Positions 16,700-18,672 of a stretch of DNA of 18,672 nt are shown here, in pieces. Below the pieces are notes generated by a model. That model was given only the letters and a program-made list of their open reading frames with translations. It was not told the DNA's origin and ran no database searches. Source of the DNA: Candidatus Helarchaeota archaeon. Its GTDB lineage: Archaea > Asgardarchaeota > Lokiarchaeia > Helarchaeales > RDOG01. The translations under genes were made by a program, and so were the position numbers. Positions within the stretch are counted from its first letter, which is position 1. Every line of letters starts with the position of its first letter. Where the stretch lies: assembly GCA_029838215.1 (NCBI GenBank), contig JALGVI010000062.1:1-18672 (forward strand), in the 5' to 3' direction.

Positions 16700-17344
16700 T
16701 TAAAATACCCCCAAGATCGGGCTGAAGATCAAGTCAATGAGTGGTCCCGAGAAAATGAATGCAATCATGGCTATTGGGATTACCATCACAAGCCCTTTTA
16801 AGTAATCTATCTCATAAACATCTTGAATCATGTATGCTTCAAGTCCGATAAACAATGGAAAGCCAATCAACATGACGACTTTTGGTGCCACGAGCATGTT
16901 TTGATAGAAAAGTCCGATAAACGAACCTAAATTAGTCAAATTCGTGTAATCTGACATGTTGTAATTCACCAGGAAAGTCATCGTTGCCAATTGTTCAAGT
17001 ATCGGAATGAGAATATTCATGGCGAGAACGGGACCAAATGCAAGACCAACGCAACCTGCATACAGTTTTAAGTGCCATTCTCGATCTTCGCCTCTTCTAT
17101 CGAATTTTGCTATCAATGCTACGATGCCAAATAATAAGACCCAGAGAAGAAGCATTACGAGTGCCTTGTAGACGAAGCTCAGAAATATATTGCTAAGTGT
17201 CGTGATATTCACCGTCCAATAAGCGAACAGGATGGTAATGATGAACTCTACAATTGGTAGAGCCATCCCGCTCAGGACGACAACGATCACGCCAAAAATG
17301 AAGATTGTATTTTTTAATTCATCTTCATTATCCAAAAAGAACAT
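16700..17344 (-). CDS. Yip1-like multi-pass membrane protein
   Basis: About 5 TM segments with the prokaryotic Yip1-like pattern (FF near the N-terminus; LWVLLFGIVALIAK; GLAFGP; terminal KGLVMVIP). AGGAG RBS upstream of ATG 17344. Confidence 0.6.
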   Translation of the reverse strand: MFFLDNEDELKNTIFIFGVIVVVLSGMALPIVEFIITILFAYWTVNITTLSNIFLSFVYKALVMLLLWVLLFGIVALIAKFDRRGEDREWHLKLYAGCVGLAFGPVLAMNILIPILEQLATMTFLVNYNMSDYTNLTNLGSFIGLFYQNMLVAPKVVMLIGFPLFIGLEAYMIQDVYEIDYLKGLVMVIPIAMIAFIFSGPLIDLIFSPILGVF

Positions 17345-17493
17345 GTTTTTACTCTCCTTAGTTAATTATCTGATCGAAAATTAATTCGATGTTATTAATA
17401 AATTACTAGTAACCATGGCATCGAAAGGATTTGATCTGATTTTCAAATCACTGTAATGAAAAAACATGTCAAAAAAGCGTGATTTTCGAGCTT

Positions 17494-18584
17494 CTAACTT
17501 ACGGGTTCCCATAGAATGCCAAGTTTCGTGGCGTGTTTCCTTGCTCGCATGAACTCATCAGAAGTTAGCCTGCGGTTGATCTCTGGAAATGTTGCCCGAT
17601 TTACCTGATGACTCGGGTGATATTGTTGCATGACGTTGACCATTGCTTCCGGTATATTTTCTGCAATCCATTCCAGAATGGGAATCGTGCAGCAGTCCAC
17701 GTGATTTGGCATCACGAGATGACGAATGATTGTATTTTGGCTAAAATCATTTTGTTCAAGCCAGTCATAATGCGTTTTTAAATTCCGGTGGAGTATTTCA
17801 ATATAATTTGATGCATTAGAGTATTTTTTTGCACAATCTTCGGTTCCGTATTTAAAATCAGGAAGCCAGAAGTCCATTATATCCGTGATGATGCTCATGG
17901 TTTCTTCGGAACAATAATGGTTTGAATTCCAAAGTTGCGCTCCATTTTCTCTTTGAAATTTCATGCTTGTAACTATTCCGTGCACGTTGGCGAGAGGTGT
18001 GACGTAATTGACGTTTAAAGCACGTTCTTCTCTGATTAAATAATTCGCAATTCTTCCTAGTTTTTCTGGCGGGGCGTTGATATGTCATGATTCTGGCAAA
18101 ACACGCAGGAGAACGTGCATCCTGTAAAAAAAATCGTTCCCGAAGGTACTAATGGTGCTTCTTCTCCGAAATGCAAGTGTGCCGAGGATATCCTAGGAAC
18201 AGGACCAATACGACAATATCCTTTTTCCCCATTTAACCTGTCAACACCACATTTTCTCTCGCAGAGGTGACAGTTGGAAATGACACGTCGGGTCAATTCA
18301 ATTTTGAGGTCGAGGTATGAAGTTGCAGGTGCTGGAAAATCTTCGAGCCGAACCGTTCCCGAATCGATTTTTTTAATAAATTCAGGAAAATTATCACGCA
18401 ACTCGGCATGAACCTTCCACAATTCTTCCGTAGAGTTTTGAACATCGAACGATGCCGGAAACTTCTTTGCAATTTGAAAAAAAGGAATTTTTTCTTTCAC
18501 GAATATTTGATAATATCTTCGTAATCGAATTGCTGCCTCAGTCTTCCATACGGACTTAGCATCTGGTCTTAGAACTCGCCACAC
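17494..18584 (-). pseudogene. PflX-type (PFL-activating-enzyme-like) radical SAM gene split by a frameshift near 18057-18075
   Basis: The 5' frame has CHLCERKCGVDR, GEEAPL..SGTIFFTGCTFSCVFCQNHDIS and stops at TAG 18057. The -1 frame continues PEKLGRIA..LNVNYV..QLWNSN..WLPDFKYG..IIRHLVMPNH..NVMQQYHP to 17494. GTG start with GAGG RBS. Confidence 0.8.
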
Positions 18585-18672
18585 GAACAGTCCTCTTTCG
18601 ATTCGTCAATAAGTTTCGTTCCTATTTAATTAAAAGTGACATCAATATTTAATTCGTGTCATGAAGCACGAA

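Noticed and set aside
17858-18088. 76-aa - strand ORF bridging the two PflX halves
   Set aside because: It is the third reading frame across the frameshift and has no family motifs. The conserved sequence lies in the -1 frame.
1-18672. Mobile elements, defence systems, rRNA/tRNA genes
   Set aside because: No transposase, integrase, cas, toxin-antitoxin or restriction-modification motifs, no terminal inverted repeats with target duplications, and no structural RNA consensus recognised.

Overview
AT-rich archaeal chromosomal window. GatD/GatE, an archaeal histone fold and GGTGA/AGGAG-type ribosome-binding sites indicate archaea. A UFM1/ubiquitin-like protein, a close VPS29-like protein and a Yip1-like protein point to Asgard archaea (inference). 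Layout: (1) a tightly packed minus-strand operon of a ubiquitin/UFM1-like protein without a C-terminal Gly, gatD, gatE, a KaiC/RAD55-like ATPase with an aberrant Walker A, and a gene cut by the window edge; (2) a cluster of DUF72, radical SAM, DUF362-ferredoxin, a histone-fold protein with loop insertions and a Lys-rich C-terminal tail, a hairpin-rich non-coding gap, a second DUF362 and a second DUF72; (3) purB, a VPS29-like phosphoesterase, an enoyl-CoA hydratase and a FAD oxidoreductase; (4) a membrane operon of a Yip1-like protein, a small membrane protein and a membrane-anchored Ntn-hydrolase with a perfect 45-bp tandem duplication; (5) a frameshifted PflX-type radical SAM gene. I recognised no rRNA, tRNA, CRISPR array or intact mobile element. 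All family calls come from motif recognition by eye, not from database searches.
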